Shown here piece by piece: positions 20,259 to 30,501 of a DNA stretch of 61,516 nucleotides (position 1 is the stretch's first letter; each line of letters begins with the position of its first letter). This stretch comes from a virus (taxonomy: Duplodnaviria > Caudoviricetes): the IMG/VR virus record IMGVR_UViG_3300031949_000035, positions 1 through 61,516 of that record; one strand, given 5' to 3'. The position numbers and the translations under genes are program-made. Under the pieces are notes generated by a model. That model was not told the origin of the DNA, made no database searches, and saw only the letters and a list, made by a program, of their open reading frames with translations.

Positions 20259-21335
20259 TCAAATCACATGTCCTTTTTTCGCCATGTCATCGATCCACGC
20301 CGCTTTTTTCTCATACACTTGCTTTTGTTCTGTAGTTAAAAGTCCACGGCGTAAATCAGATTGGTATTTGGCGTAAAAGTCCATGACTTGTTTTTTGGTG
20401 ATTTTTTCTTGTTGTTGTTTAGCTGGCTCGGCAGTCTTCCCAGGCGGGGGGCTTGCCAGCGATTCCAGTTTTTCTTGTTTCTCGTTCCCGTGCGTGATCC
20501 CTTTTTCTTTATAATACTCATTAAATACGGCTTCAATCGGACCCGCGTTGCGGGCGTTCTCGGCCATATCTATTATTTGCGCATAAGTATATCCCGTCAG
20601 ATTATCGGTCTTGCCGAGAAGGTATTTTTTAAAGTCATAAGAGTTGTTTGTTTCAACGACATTCGGGATTTTTTGGATTCGTTCGGAATAGTTTTCTTCC
20701 TTTACCTGCTCCTTCTCCTGCTCAAAAGAAGCTATTTTTTCCTTTAAAGGCGCAACAATTTTTTCTATTTTAGAAAGAACGTCATGCCCAACGATATCGT
20801 TTATCCCCGTTAAAACTGCCTCTCCTTCTTCTCCTTCTCCAAACCGTTCAGCTAATTCGCGCTTTCGCTCGTTTAAAGCGGCCAAGGTTTTTTCGTTGTT
20901 GCGGTTATTTTCGGCATCGGCGAGAGCGGTCACGATTTTCTCAAGGTTCAAAATTTTAGAACCTTGACTCTTCAGCATCCCGCTACCTTCCCTGACTTTT
21001 TGCTCGGATTTCTGGTATCTTTCCTCCAGTTCGCGAATTTTAGCATCTTTTTCCGCAATCAGAGCCTCGGTCTCAGGCTTTGCCGGTGCGTTCATGCCTT
21101 TCTTGCCTTCAACGTCCTCGCCCTCTATATTGGCTGGGAAGTCAATAACCTCCAACAGAGGTATCCCCTTGCCCAATACAGGTATTTCCGAAACAACAGC
21201 CTCGCCATCGTCATTAACATTTGCCGTTTGATCTTCGGAACCATTTCCCGTTTCCGGGCTGTGCTCCTTTCCTTCCTCGGCCCGTCTTGCCGTTACTTCC
21301 GCTTCCTTCTTCAACAAATGCGCGGGGATACCCAT
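20259..21335 (-). CDS. Scaffolding protein
   Basis: Acidic coiled-coil protein between portal and capsid; AAGGAG SD before ATG 21335. Confidence 0.75.
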   Translation of the reverse strand: MGIPAHLLKKEAEVTARRAEEGKEHSPETGNGSEDQTANVNDDGEAVVSEIPVLGKGIPLLEVIDFPANIEGEDVEGKKGMNAPAKPETEALIAEKDAKIRELEERYQKSEQKVREGSGMLKSQGSKILNLEKIVTALADAENNRNNEKTLAALNERKRELAERFGEGEEGEAVLTGINDIVGHDVLSKIEKIVAPLKEKIASFEQEKEQVKEENYSERIQKIPNVVETNNSYDFKKYLLGKTDNLTGYTYAQIIDMAENARNAGPIEAVFNEYYKEKGITHGNEKQEKLESLASPPPGKTAEPAKQQQEKITKKQVMDFYAKYQSDLRRGLLTTEQKQVYEKKAAWIDDMAKKGHVI

Positions 21336-21494
21336 ACTCTTCTCCTTGTCCGTATTAGCCATTTCCCTCTGGGGCTGCGCTATTACTAGACTTTTGATTA
21401 TTTTGTTTTGCGCCCAGCAGGCCCATGCCCCGGTATCGCAAAACCGATGTAACAAAAATGTTCCACGTGAAACATCCAATATAGAACATTTTTG

Positions 21495-21734
21495 TTACAC
21501 TTTTTTAAACGCCTGTCTTTCTTTAACCAATTCGCGCCCTTTTTCGATGTAATTAATGAGTGTAAGAACCTCTTGTATACGACCTTGGTCCAATCGCATT
21601 TCAAGTTCAATTTTTTGGTATGGTAAATGCTCTAAATAATATTCCTTCAGCGAAATCAAATACTTATGGACATTGCCTTCCCTCAATTGCGAAAAATCAT
21701 TCAATGTTTGGTCATCGAGTTTAACCATTGGCAA
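21495..21734 (-). CDS. Small portal-downstream protein
   Basis: QGRIQEV motif; conserved position after the portal gene. Confidence 0.6.
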   Translation of the reverse strand: MPMVKLDDQTLNDFSQLREGNVHKYLISLKEYYLEHLPYQKIELEMRLDQGRIQEVLTLINYIEKGRELVKERQAFKKV

Positions 21735-23838
21735 GCCTTGTATTCGCTCCTCGTCTATTTTGGAACCTATTAATATCGGTTCCGCCCGCCGGCGTACCGT
21801 CAGGCAGTAAATTTTTCAGTCCCGGCTTAGGTGCGGCCCCGGCGCTTACTCCTGAAAATCGTGGATTAACGCCTTGCGGAGTAAAAATTTTAGGCGTGGC
21901 TGAAGTAAACATGGGGAAAACTTTATCCGTGTCTATCCCCGCATCCTCGAAAAGAGGTTTCAGTAACTCCACCTGTCCCGTGGGCATACCATCGCCGTTT
22001 ACCATGAGAGGTGTAAACGCTTGCGTATATTGCAGCAGTTCCAGTTTACGCGACAGGTTTTGTCTCATTTTTGACACCGCCAGGACACCACCAGCCTCTA
22101 TTTCAATATCGCCCTTAATGGATTCGTCGGGATCGAACTCCATATTATGGTCGTAAAAACATGTAATTATGTCATCAACTACTTCGTCAACATCTTCAAC
22201 CACATTTTTTAAGACCCTATCGCTCATGTCGATAAGCATACTCAGACCCGAAGCCGTGCCTTCGGCTCCGCTCGAACTAGTGCTTCCATGCGCAAAAGGA
22301 GGAAGGGTAGCGTTATCGGCGATGCGCTGGAAATGTTGATGAACGGGCAGGAGTTGAGGCGCGATAAGAGGGGGCTGGTGGAAATTTACCGCTCGCCCGG
22401 CGGCTACCCCTCTCTTGCTGTCGGAATGCAACACCGAATATGGGGGCACGGCGTTGATCTGGTCCCCATTTTTTACCCTGTCATCGTCAATTTCGGCTAT
22501 AAACCCTGACGCGTATGCGCAATTGGTGTGCATATACCTGCTTAAATCGTTTAAAACCTGTGGAATATTAGATAACAACTGACGCGGGGATTTACCGTAA
22601 AATTTACCGGGAATACTTTCAAAACATGCCTTCATGTAAGGTTTCTTGCCAAGCGGGTCCTTATTGATCCCTACCTTAATCACAACGTTTGCAATCATCC
22701 AAATTTCGGCATTGTATTCGTCTTCGGCATTGTCCTTGTCCACGTCCTTAACAACGAGATCATTTTCTTTGGCCCATTCATTTATTTTTGACCCTGGAAT
22801 GGTACAATGGCATATAAGCGTGTCGATTAATGAGCCTTTGTTTGTGCCTATATTTACGCCCTTATCCAGGGACTCGCGTTCGGAATCAGTCCACAATGCT
22901 TCATTTATGCCGTCTTTGTGCTTGTTTAAGGCATACCTTATGGCATTGTCGCTGAAACCGTAACCGGTGCCTACAAAGGAATTTAATTGTGCGCGTGTAT
23001 ATCTTTCGCGCTGGATAATGTCTATATCATTGATATCTACAGAGTTTGAAACAGGATAAATATCATAAGGACTCACCCTTCTTATGTTTAGTGTCGTTTT
23101 TTCTTTTATTTCTATTTTCCAGCTATTGCCGGTGCGGACCCAGGTCTTAGTTGGCTTTTTGATGTATTCTTTCTTGAAAATTGCAAACGGGTATTTGGCG
23201 AAGTCGTCTAAAAAATCACGGAACACCTTATTGAACTTCATTTCCACCAACTGGTCGTCAATCTTCTTTTTCATCTTTTGCGCCCTTTCTTCCGCTAATT
23301 CCTGAGCGCGTTTTAATGCTATTGTCTTCGCTTCTTCAATTTTTTGTCCAAGAATCTGTCGATATTCGATAGGTTTTTCTTGAGTCCGGAGGCCATTTTG
23401 TATCACCGCCAAAGTGGTTTCGGGAATGGTTTCCAATGGCATATTCCCGACAGCAAATTGCATCAACGCGGTTTCCATTTTGTTGATTTCGTCCTGTTCT
23501 ATCGCGGCAACAATATCGGGCGGGATATCGGCTATCGGAGTGGGTTTAAGAAAGTATTTTTCTTTGTAGATATCAGACAACCAAGCCTTTATATCGCGGA
23601 CCTTTTGCGCTACCGTAGGCTCAAAAACGGAGCTTGACACGCCCGTTGCCTTTATTTTGACTTCGGTTGTGGAATCATATTTGCAGTCAATGTCGCGGTC
23701 AGTGTCTATCATGATTTGCTCAATCTCAAGCTTCTCTCTCTTGGCTTCTTCCCAAAGAGATAGGACGTGCGATACTATACCGCTATGTTGTGGCGGTATT
23801 TGTATTTGCTCTATATCCGCGTTCTCTAAATCAGGCAC
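21721..23838 (-). CDS. Portal protein
   Basis: 705 aa after TerL; RVSPYDIYP, PGKFYGKS and GTASGLSML motifs. Confidence 0.9.
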   Translation of the reverse strand: MPDLENADIEQIQIPPQHSGIVSHVLSLWEEAKREKLEIEQIMIDTDRDIDCKYDSTTEVKIKATGVSSSVFEPTVAQKVRDIKAWLSDIYKEKYFLKPTPIADIPPDIVAAIEQDEINKMETALMQFAVGNMPLETIPETTLAVIQNGLRTQEKPIEYRQILGQKIEEAKTIALKRAQELAEERAQKMKKKIDDQLVEMKFNKVFRDFLDDFAKYPFAIFKKEYIKKPTKTWVRTGNSWKIEIKEKTTLNIRRVSPYDIYPVSNSVDINDIDIIQRERYTRAQLNSFVGTGYGFSDNAIRYALNKHKDGINEALWTDSERESLDKGVNIGTNKGSLIDTLICHCTIPGSKINEWAKENDLVVKDVDKDNAEDEYNAEIWMIANVVIKVGINKDPLGKKPYMKACFESIPGKFYGKSPRQLLSNIPQVLNDLSRYMHTNCAYASGFIAEIDDDRVKNGDQINAVPPYSVLHSDSKRGVAAGRAVNFHQPPLIAPQLLPVHQHFQRIADNATLPPFAHGSTSSSGAEGTASGLSMLIDMSDRVLKNVVEDVDEVVDDIITCFYDHNMEFDPDESIKGDIEIEAGGVLAVSKMRQNLSRKLELLQYTQAFTPLMVNGDGMPTGQVELLKPLFEDAGIDTDKVFPMFTSATPKIFTPQGVNPRFSGVSAGAAPKPGLKNLLPDGTPAGGTDINRFQNRRGANTRLANG

Positions 23839-25576
23839 TAAATATGCCTCCTAGGTCTTGGCACCGATATTTTCCGTGATAGCTTGAATAATTCATTCCC
23901 AAATTCGCATGATCTTCAAGGCTTCTTTGTTTTGGCGCTGGAATGAGATGTTTCACTATTTGCGCCCCAGCCCATGATATGACCTGGTCGTCGTGTTGTC
24001 CACTCTCCGCCTCCGGGCGTCCGTTGTTGTATTTAAAACAAAGCATTTCTTCGAGCGTTCCTATGTCTGAAATGCCGTCGTGGCCGTTGGCCATCAATGA
24101 AACCGCATGGTCCAGCATCATTCTTCTGCTGGGTTCGCTTGTAACCCAGCCATACCGCTTCCTGCTTCTGTGCGGGGGGTCCGGCACCATTTCCACATAT
24201 ATATCGGGATATCCGGCCTCGACAATTCTGTCGATCACGCTAATCCCGGCGTTGTTTTTTTCCGGCGCCAATAAGGCGTTATTGTAAAACCTACCTATGC
24301 TCATTATAGTGTCACCCAATTGATATGGCCTCACCTTCCCGTACCATTTAGCCACTTGTTTTCCAGAGTGATGGTCTATTACATCCACGGAATCAAAATC
24401 GCCATGATTCAAGCCTTCGGCTACATCGGCAAAAACTATGTAACTGTTGCCGGGCTTGGGCATTTCATAGACCTTCAACTCTCCTCGCCTGTTTTCAACC
24501 ATGGTCCCGCTCGGCAACAACACCTCAAACCTTTTTGGCGGCAGCGCTTGCAGCCTTTTTTCCAGGACTTCGATCTTATCCGCGATAGATTTATTGTCAA
24601 ATACCGGGCGCCCGGTTGATAAAAATGCGCCCTTTGCGGTCGTGGGGTACTCCTGGTCAAATATGTCTTTGCTGCCACGACATGGTTCGGCTATGGCCCA
24701 TCTACGCCAAACCAAATTTTCATCAGATATAAAATACCTATTCCTTAATTCGTCTTCTTCGGGCGTCCTCTCAAACCCTGGCGGGGCCTTTTTCTTATGC
24801 TTTTCCGTTATGTACCACGGGAAAAACACAGACGCCGACCTATCTCCAGGCAAAGCCGACGGGTTAACCGATGAAAACATCTCCGGCTCGTTAAAATTCT
24901 TATTCCTGACCCAAAATCTGTATTTTGCGCCCATGAAGCCTTTGTGAAAGGCATCGCCCACGCCTTGGGCAGTTGCTTCTATGTAAATTTCAGTATCTAC
25001 AGATCTTGACGCCGCGCAAAATATGGAGGTTAATAGCGGTTCCTGTAAATTACGCTCCCATTTGGGCAGTTCCGACAAATGAATCAGGTTAAAAGTTTGT
25101 CCCGACCCAAAGTTTTTAGACCCGGCAGCGGCCACGCAATAAGAACTATCTAATCCAGTGCCTTCGTCATTGTTAAATTCTAAAAGCTTGACGTTATCGC
25201 GTTTTTTCCCAGGCTTTATGGCCCTTGGCAGGTGGTCATAAAACCTCTTGGCTATTTCAAATATTGATCCCGTGGTACTAGGATCGTGTGAAACACAAAC
25301 TGTTGACTGGTATTTGCGTGTTGAGGCCCTGTGAAGGAGCCGCGCCTGAATCACCGTCGTAACTCCACGCTTTCTTGGCTTGAGGATCCAAATTTTCACG
25401 GGAACGCCAAGTTTTTTAAACCAATCAATAACTACATGAAGAAGGGTTTGTTCCAAATTAAAGGTTAGAGGAACAAGCTTTGAATCTTCATCAATTATTT
25501 TGTATAGGTGGTGGCAATAAAACGAAAAATCATTTTCGAGTTTATCCCGGAACTCGGCATCGGTCATATTTCCCAT
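23831..25576 (-). CDS. terL: Terminase large subunit
   Basis: ILKPRKRGVTT Walker A, IHLSE Walker B, EAT coupling motif, ADVAEG and HDDQVIS nuclease motifs. Confidence 0.95.
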   Translation of the reverse strand: MGNMTDAEFRDKLENDFSFYCHHLYKIIDEDSKLVPLTFNLEQTLLHVVIDWFKKLGVPVKIWILKPRKRGVTTVIQARLLHRASTRKYQSTVCVSHDPSTTGSIFEIAKRFYDHLPRAIKPGKKRDNVKLLEFNNDEGTGLDSSYCVAAAGSKNFGSGQTFNLIHLSELPKWERNLQEPLLTSIFCAASRSVDTEIYIEATAQGVGDAFHKGFMGAKYRFWVRNKNFNEPEMFSSVNPSALPGDRSASVFFPWYITEKHKKKAPPGFERTPEEDELRNRYFISDENLVWRRWAIAEPCRGSKDIFDQEYPTTAKGAFLSTGRPVFDNKSIADKIEVLEKRLQALPPKRFEVLLPSGTMVENRRGELKVYEMPKPGNSYIVFADVAEGLNHGDFDSVDVIDHHSGKQVAKWYGKVRPYQLGDTIMSIGRFYNNALLAPEKNNAGISVIDRIVEAGYPDIYVEMVPDPPHRSRKRYGWVTSEPSRRMMLDHAVSLMANGHDGISDIGTLEEMLCFKYNNGRPEAESGQHDDQVISWAGAQIVKHLIPAPKQRSLEDHANLGMNYSSYHGKYRCQDLGGIFSA

Positions 25577-25585
25577 GTCAAGACA

Positions 25586-25632
25586 AAAAAAAAGACCACG
25601 ATTGCCGGTGCGAACCGGTAAAGGTGGTCTTT
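25586..25632 (-). terminator. Hairpin plus U tract about 10 nt upstream of terL
   Basis: AAAAGACCAC...GTGGTCTTTT with an inner CCGGT/ACCGG stem; T run follows on the minus strand. Confidence 0.55.
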
Positions 25633-25794
25633 TGCTTCACGACTATCAGAAGTTTAAACTATTATGTTGTTTGTTTTACGTTTTTTTCTCCGCCCTGTCT
25701 TCTTTATCAACCAAATCAGATAGTTTTTTAGTTATAAAACGAAGCGATTTCAGGATTTCAATCATAGAGGCTCTGTCTATTTTTAACATAAGGG

Positions 25795-25977
25795 TTATAA
25801 AAAAACAGCGGGGGCTGCTCTGTGCTTCCGGCTTTTTATATCAAAATAACATGCGTTTTCTTCAAATTTCACGTATATTACTTGGTGCGCCTCGCCATCA
25901 TCCATGGTTAGGCACTCCACGTCGCCGTGATTGCTTTTAATATGTTCTAATTCGGAGACGACTTCAGATATTTTCAA
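25795..25977 (-). CDS. Hypothetical protein
   Basis: MKISEVVSELE..K..HGDVEC, a common phage small-protein pattern. Confidence 0.55.
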   Translation of the reverse strand: MKISEVVSELEHIKSNHGDVECLTMDDGEAHQVIYVKFEENACYFDIKSRKHRAAPAVFL

Positions 25978-26095
25978 GCCTTACTTCCTCATTTGCGGCT
26001 ACCCATGCCGCATTCCACAGATAACATAATTTATCTTAAAAAACAACAACTTACACCTATGATTGTAAATACCATATCACATTTTAAGGCAAATG

Positions 26096-26452
26096 TCAAG
26101 TGTTTCCACCTCTTATATTTCGTGCCTCCATAAGAAGCTGCGAAAGCATGTAGCAAAATGGCTCACCTCCCGCTTCTCGCGGGTCAATGCCGCTGCGCTC
26201 AAACACATGCAACACCACATGAGACAACTCGTGTGCCAAAGTGTACGTGTGCTTCCCCCATACTAGGTACGTCCATATACCGCCCTTGCCTTCGCCAACC
26301 GAGCATGATCCTGAAAATCGCCCGTCCTGTGCGCAGGTTAAAACGTCAGGTGTTTTAAACAACTTCAGGTGCGCCTTCTCATACTCCTTGGCCGTCTTCA
26401 CCATGAACAGCCGCCCGTGGTATGGGCGCAACGATAGCTCTTTCATTCGCAT
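26096..26452 (-). CDS. HExxH-motif hypothetical protein
   Basis: LAHELSH and EPFCY motifs. Confidence 0.65.
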   Translation of the reverse strand: MRMKELSLRPYHGRLFMVKTAKEYEKAHLKLFKTPDVLTCAQDGRFSGSCSVGEGKGGIWTYLVWGKHTYTLAHELSHVVLHVFERSGIDPREAGGEPFCYMLSQLLMEARNIRGGNT

Positions 26453-27051
26453 GGAAATTCAATATCAAAGCTATCTTTATTTAAGAGCATTTGCCGGCGT
26501 CTCCATGCAATATTTTCATCCGCAAGCCCATATTTTAATTTTAGCTCTTTTTCTTCATCGGTCAAAACAAAGTCATCTCCAACCGCGACTTTGCATGTCC
26601 CAACCTTATACCAAGGCATAAAAACAGGTATTTCAAAACCACGCAATAACATAGCGGGTTTAGGCTCCGGCATCCAATGGGTTATATTTTCATCCGGATG
26701 CGCCTTAAAATATTCTTCATTATATGTTATATGATAAACGTCCGATTCTCCAGACGGTAGTTTAATGCTGACCATTATCTTCCGCCCATTTTTTGGGGGG
26801 TCTACCTTTATATCAATCCATCCCATCTTAAAATTTTCAAGGTCAATCCATTCCTGCTCCGGAATGTCTTTGGCAATTTCTTGCAATTGCTCGACTATGC
26901 TTGGGAAAGCATAGGCGCCCGCCCCTTCATTGCAGGAACTTTCCTTACGCGGGGGTTCTTCAGTTTCTTCTATGTATTTATTCATGCCATGGTGTTTGTT
27001 TATCAATGCAGACGCTACAACCGGTATTTTCTTTAACAAATAACGTTGCAT
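26443..27051 (-). CDS. DUF551-like domain fused to a TerL-like fragment
   Basis: WIDIK..PP...ITHWMPEP; the C-terminus aligns to this phage's TerL PWY...WRR...EYP segment. Confidence 0.65.
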   Translation of the reverse strand: MQRYLLKKIPVVASALINKHHGMNKYIEETEEPPRKESSCNEGAGAYAFPSIVEQLQEIAKDIPEQEWIDLENFKMGWIDIKVDPPKNGRKIMVSIKLPSGESDVYHITYNEEYFKAHPDENITHWMPEPKPAMLLRGFEIPVFMPWYKVGTCKVAVGDDFVLTDEEKELKLKYGLADENIAWRRRQMLLNKDSFDIEFPCE

Positions 27052-27685
27052 CGCTTCTTGATGCGATAAGATTGTGCTTTATCGCGGATACTTCCATGTG
27101 TGCCATCTGTAAAAGAGCGTTTTTATGCCCTGTTAATGCGCCGACGATTATGCCGTCAATTGCGTCAAAATCTATATACTCCGAAATAGGTTCCAGCAAT
27201 GGCTCGGCGGAGACAAACGTTTGAGCGCCATTGTTTTTGAGTATTTTTAGAGTATTGCAAAAAGTAGAGCATGAATTCGCGTCAGGCGTTGATGCGCCTA
27301 ACCAAACGTTGGCGGGGTATGGCTTTGGCAACGAATAATATCGGCTTGGGTTTTTGGTGAGGAAGATAAACTTATGCTGTTCGGCCATTCTTGTAACCTC
27401 GTATATTTTTAGTATCCATTCCGAGGGGACTTCCTCGGCAAATATATCGAATGCGGATCCAATGAATATAGTGGATGGCTTTTTTCTCGCGATAATTTTA
27501 TTAAACTCTCCGGGATGAAATGATAGCTCGCGTGGTTGTTTAAATCTATTTCGTATTTTTTCGGCGTAGCAATACGAGCCGCATTTATTCGTGGCGAAAT
27601 GGGGGCATTTGCCTTTTATCGGGTTTGAAGTGAATCCCCGCGAGCCGTCATGGTTGATAACCCATTCTATGTTAGTTTTTTGCAT
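26978..27685 (-). CDS. DUF5131 (phage Gp37/Gp68) radical-SAM-like protein
   Basis: TNIEW, C....C.YCYA, FLTKNP, NVWLG and FVSAEPLL motifs. Confidence 0.85.
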   Translation of the reverse strand: MQKTNIEWVINHDGSRGFTSNPIKGKCPHFATNKCGSYCYAEKIRNRFKQPRELSFHPGEFNKIIARKKPSTIFIGSAFDIFAEEVPSEWILKIYEVTRMAEQHKFIFLTKNPSRYYSLPKPYPANVWLGASTPDANSCSTFCNTLKILKNNGAQTFVSAEPLLEPISEYIDFDAIDGIIVGALTGHKNALLQMAHMEVSAIKHNLIASRSDATLFVKENTGCSVCIDKQTPWHE

Positions 27686-27731
27686 AATGGCGCTTATACT
27701 CTGACGCTGTTCTTGTGGCGTTTGGGAACGC

Positions 27732-28292
27732 CTATATAAATTCTATTATGCGTTTTGCATAATCAAGGGAATTTATATTTCCTTTAGTGCTGAAACTTGC
27801 TCCAACGGGAATTTTTTCCCCATTAACACACAGAGTCTGTATTATGGCGTTCCCAAACTCAATAAGAACAGCGTCTATACTCATAATTAGAGATTGCTTC
27901 TCCGGGTCAAAATGGTCGTTCCCGGAATTATGGCATGAGACAACAGTCTCACTTTTAGTATTTTTGCTTTTAAGTATTAGCTTTAGAAGGTCTAAAAAGG
28001 TTTCATATTTTGCCTCCGTGACAGAATTGCCCATAAGCCTAAGTTTGAATTTTCTGCTATCCCCGTCGTTGCTGACAACGCATGTGCCATATACCCGTGT
28101 ATCCCATTCGCTTTTCCCTATTTCTACATTTTCGATTTTCCAGCCCCATAGACCATATTTCGCGGCTGCGAGAAAGGCACAAACGTTATCGGATATTTCT
28201 AATACCCCACCCGACAGGGTTAATAATGTGTCAACATTCCCTGGGTTTATATTCATAACCACAAATATACAATATTCACCCAATTTTGTCAA
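27732..28292 (-). CDS. Hypothetical protein
   Basis: 186-aa ORF in the operon direction; start uncertain. Confidence 0.5.
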   Translation of the reverse strand: MTKLGEYCIFVVMNINPGNVDTLLTLSGGVLEISDNVCAFLAAAKYGLWGWKIENVEIGKSEWDTRVYGTCVVSNDGDSRKFKLRLMGNSVTEAKYETFLDLLKLILKSKNTKSETVVSCHNSGNDHFDPEKQSLIMSIDAVLIEFGNAIIQTLCVNGEKIPVGASFSTKGNINSLDYAKRIIEFI

Positions 28293-28340
28293 TAGATGGC
28301 GCGGTTATTAAGTGTGTTTATTTTTTATGAGCAAAAAACA

Positions 28341-28369
28341 TTGACAAAAAAGAATAGATATCATATAAT
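28341..28369 (+). promoter_or_regulatory. Consensus sigma70 promoter reading into array 1
   Basis: TTGACA-17-TATAAT, perfect consensus. Confidence 0.85.
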
Positions 28370-28431
28370 ATTAGGTATAGTTAGATGCGGAGATTGCCGG
28401 TTTATAATAGGGTTAAAGCAAAGGAGCACGG

Positions 28432-29184
28432 ATGCCTGTACGAGTTTTAGTGCCGATAAGTGGAGGCAAGGACTCGCAAGCCTCGCTTAAACTGGCACTG
28501 CAAACCTACAAGCCGGAAGAGGTGCGCGGACTGTTTTGTGACACGGGCTTTGAACACCCGATTACCTATGCACATATTGAAAAGCTGCGCGTGTTATACG
28601 GGGTAAGGATTGACGTAGTGAGTGGAGGAGATGTTCTTGGTAAATCGCTCAAGTATGGACGTTTCCCCGGTGGCGGAGCGCGGCACTGCACGAACGAACT
28701 CAAGATCAGGGAAACACGAATCTACTGCAAGGCACTGGCGGAACAGCAGGGCGGTTTTGAGGTTTGGTATGGAATGCGCCTAGATGAAAGTGTGGAACGT
28801 GGTAAGAGATATGCGGGAAAAGTTTGTGATGTTCTATACGCGCCACACGAAGTATTACCAAGCAAGTACCCTAAGTATTTGAAAAAGATGGGGGTTATGT
28901 TCCGGCTCTGTATTCTGCACTGGACGACGTGTGAGGTGATGGAGTTTTTGGATGGGGATCATAACCCGTTATATGACTCTGGGTTCCCAAGAGTGGGATG
29001 TTTCCCGTGCCTTGCCTCCGGTGATGCGTGGAAGGAAAAGGCTTTTTCGTATGATGACTTTGGGCGCGGGCAATTAGCTAAAGTGCTCGTTGTTTCAGCG
29101 AAGATAGGGAAAAGCATCTGGACATCGAAGGGTGGCAAGGAACGCAACGCTGAAAAGCCCGGATGCGAACTGTGCGCAATTTAA
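28432..29184 (+). CDS. PAPS reductase family protein
   Basis: SGGKDS, DTGFEHP, CT.ELK, NPLY..GF.RVGCFPC. Confidence 0.9.
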   Translation: MPVRVLVPISGGKDSQASLKLALQTYKPEEVRGLFCDTGFEHPITYAHIEKLRVLYGVRIDVVSGGDVLGKSLKYGRFPGGGARHCTNELKIRETRIYCKALAEQQGGFEVWYGMRLDESVERGKRYAGKVCDVLYAPHEVLPSKYPKYLKKMGVMFRLCILHWTTCEVMEFLDGDHNPLYDSGFPRVGCFPCLASGDAWKEKAFSYDDFGRGQLAKVLVVSAKIGKSIWTSKGGKERNAEKPGCELCAI

Positions 29185-29217
29185 GGAGAAAACATTAATA
29201 TCGATTTAGGGCAGAGC

Positions 29218-29622
29218 ATGGAAAAGATTGTTGGGATCAAGAACTACGAAAACGAGGATGGCTACTTCAATGTGGCCGGTTTTGAAGTTGTGACCGACAA
29301 GCAGAGCATTAAGCTCTACATCGAGAATGAGCGTTATTGCTGTGAACGGTGGGGTTATTTCTGGAGCAACGATAACCCGCATGATTTTGTTGGAGCGGAG
29401 TTGCGCGGCGTGAGCCTGACCGACACGGCGTTGAACGAGGCGCAAATGCGGGCGAACGATTTAAACCCAACTAACAGGCATTTCCGTGGCGGTTTGATGT
29501 TCGTGAATATTGGCACCGATAGGGGAATGCTGCAATTCGTGGCTTACAACGAGCACGACGGTGACTACGGGCACGAGGCGAAAGTTCAGTGTACCCAACT
29601 GATGCACCAGGAAGTGCTGTGA
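29218..29622 (+). CDS. Hypothetical protein
   Basis: CCE.WGY and QFVAYNEH.G.YGH motifs; followed by a possible attC remnant (GCCCAAC). Confidence 0.75.
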   Translation: MEKIVGIKNYENEDGYFNVAGFEVVTDKQSIKLYIENERYCCERWGYFWSNDNPHDFVGAELRGVSLTDTALNEAQMRANDLNPTNRHFRGGLMFVNIGTDRGMLQFVAYNEHDGDYGHEAKVQCTQLMHQEVL

Positions 29623-29722
29623 TGCCCAACGACCAATCTCAGATGTAGCAGAGGGCGGCATTGGGAAGAAGATAATGCCTTTTGGCTTTTAGGTAAACGC
29701 AATACGGAAAGATTACTTTCTA

Positions 29723-29959
29723 ATGGGAGAGGAAATGAGTAAATCAAAGGAGGTTATGAAAAAAATTGACACAGATTCTCTTAATGCTATTAAAGAAGCT
29801 TATATATCCTTGTTAAGTCTTGGCTTGGATTTTGCTGATAATAACTACCATTGGTCTACTTCCCAGCGCCGCGCATGGGAACGTACTGAAAAATTTCTTA
29901 GGCCATTTGTGCCATCAAAAGTTCTCGTTAGGATTTCTAAATCGGTACTCTCAATTTAG
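29723..29959 (+). CDS. Hypothetical protein
   Basis: ORF with SD-like sequence; start uncertain. Confidence 0.55.
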   Translation: MGEEMSKSKEVMKKIDTDSLNAIKEAYISLLSLGLDFADNNYHWSTSQRRAWERTEKFLRPFVPSKVLVRISKSVLSI

Positions 29960-29999
29960 GCATACCCTTTATTTACCTATGACGCTTATGAGGAGAGTT

Positions 30000-30203
30000 A
30001 TGGAACCAATTACAATAATTCAGTGTCCTCATTGTGAAGGGCAAGGATACAACATTCAATCTCATCCCGTTTATCGAGGGACAAGGGATATGGCAATTGA
30101 TGCAGGTGACATGGAATTTGAAGGTTGTCTTGCCCTGTTTGGTGAAGAATTGAGGAAGATATCGTGCGAGCATTGCGACGGCGTTGGCTCTATAAGGCCA
30201 TAA
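30000..30203 (+). CDS. DnaJ-type zinc-finger small protein
   Basis: CPHCEGQG and CEHCDGVG; AGGAG SD; stop lies in the first attC core. Confidence 0.7.
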   Translation: MEPITIIQCPHCEGQGYNIQSHPVYRGTRDMAIDAGDMEFEGCLALFGEELRKISCEHCDGVGSIRP

Positions 30204-30265
30204 CGTGGAAATAACCGGCTGACGCGGTTTCTTCGCGGCAGTCCGTGTTGATTGTAGGGTTAGGC
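30198..30265 (-). other. attC-like site 1
   Basis: CCATAAC...hairpin...GTTAGGC. Confidence 0.85.
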
Positions 30266-30297
30266 ACTCACCCTTGACGAGTGCGCTGGAGTAAAAC

Positions 30298-30450
30298 ATG
30301 AAAAAAATGATTTGTCATATCATAGCTTGGCTTGTTCAGTTCGCGGATAAGTATGCTTGTGAAACTTATGATAACAAAGCAGAACTTTCAAGCGGGCCGT
30401 GCGCAAGATGTGTTGGTCAAGAAGTTCGCGGGCCACAGAGCAGTGCCTAA
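30298..30450 (+). CDS. Cassette-borne 50-aa protein (MKKMICHII...)
   Basis: GGAG SD; cassette ends GTTAGGCACT / AGTGCCTAAC. Confidence 0.6.
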   Translation: MKKMICHIIAWLVQFADKYACETYDNKAELSSGPCARCVGQEVRGPQSSA

Positions 30451-30501
30451 CGTAGAAATCACCTGCCGCCGAAGGCGGTCAGGTGGATTGACGGGTTAGC
30501 C
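30445..30501 (-). other. attC-like site 2
   Basis: GCCTAAC..ATCACCTG-CCGCCGAAGGCGG-TCAGGTGGAT..GTTAGCC with extrahelical G. Confidence 0.9.

Noticed and set aside
100-25940. Plus-strand ORFs across the structural region
   Set aside because: They are antisense shadows of the minus-strand operon, without recognisable motifs.
29623-29645. Additional attC after the 29218-29622 gene
   Set aside because: Only GCCCAAC plus a few bases remain, with no stem or right core; at most a remnant.
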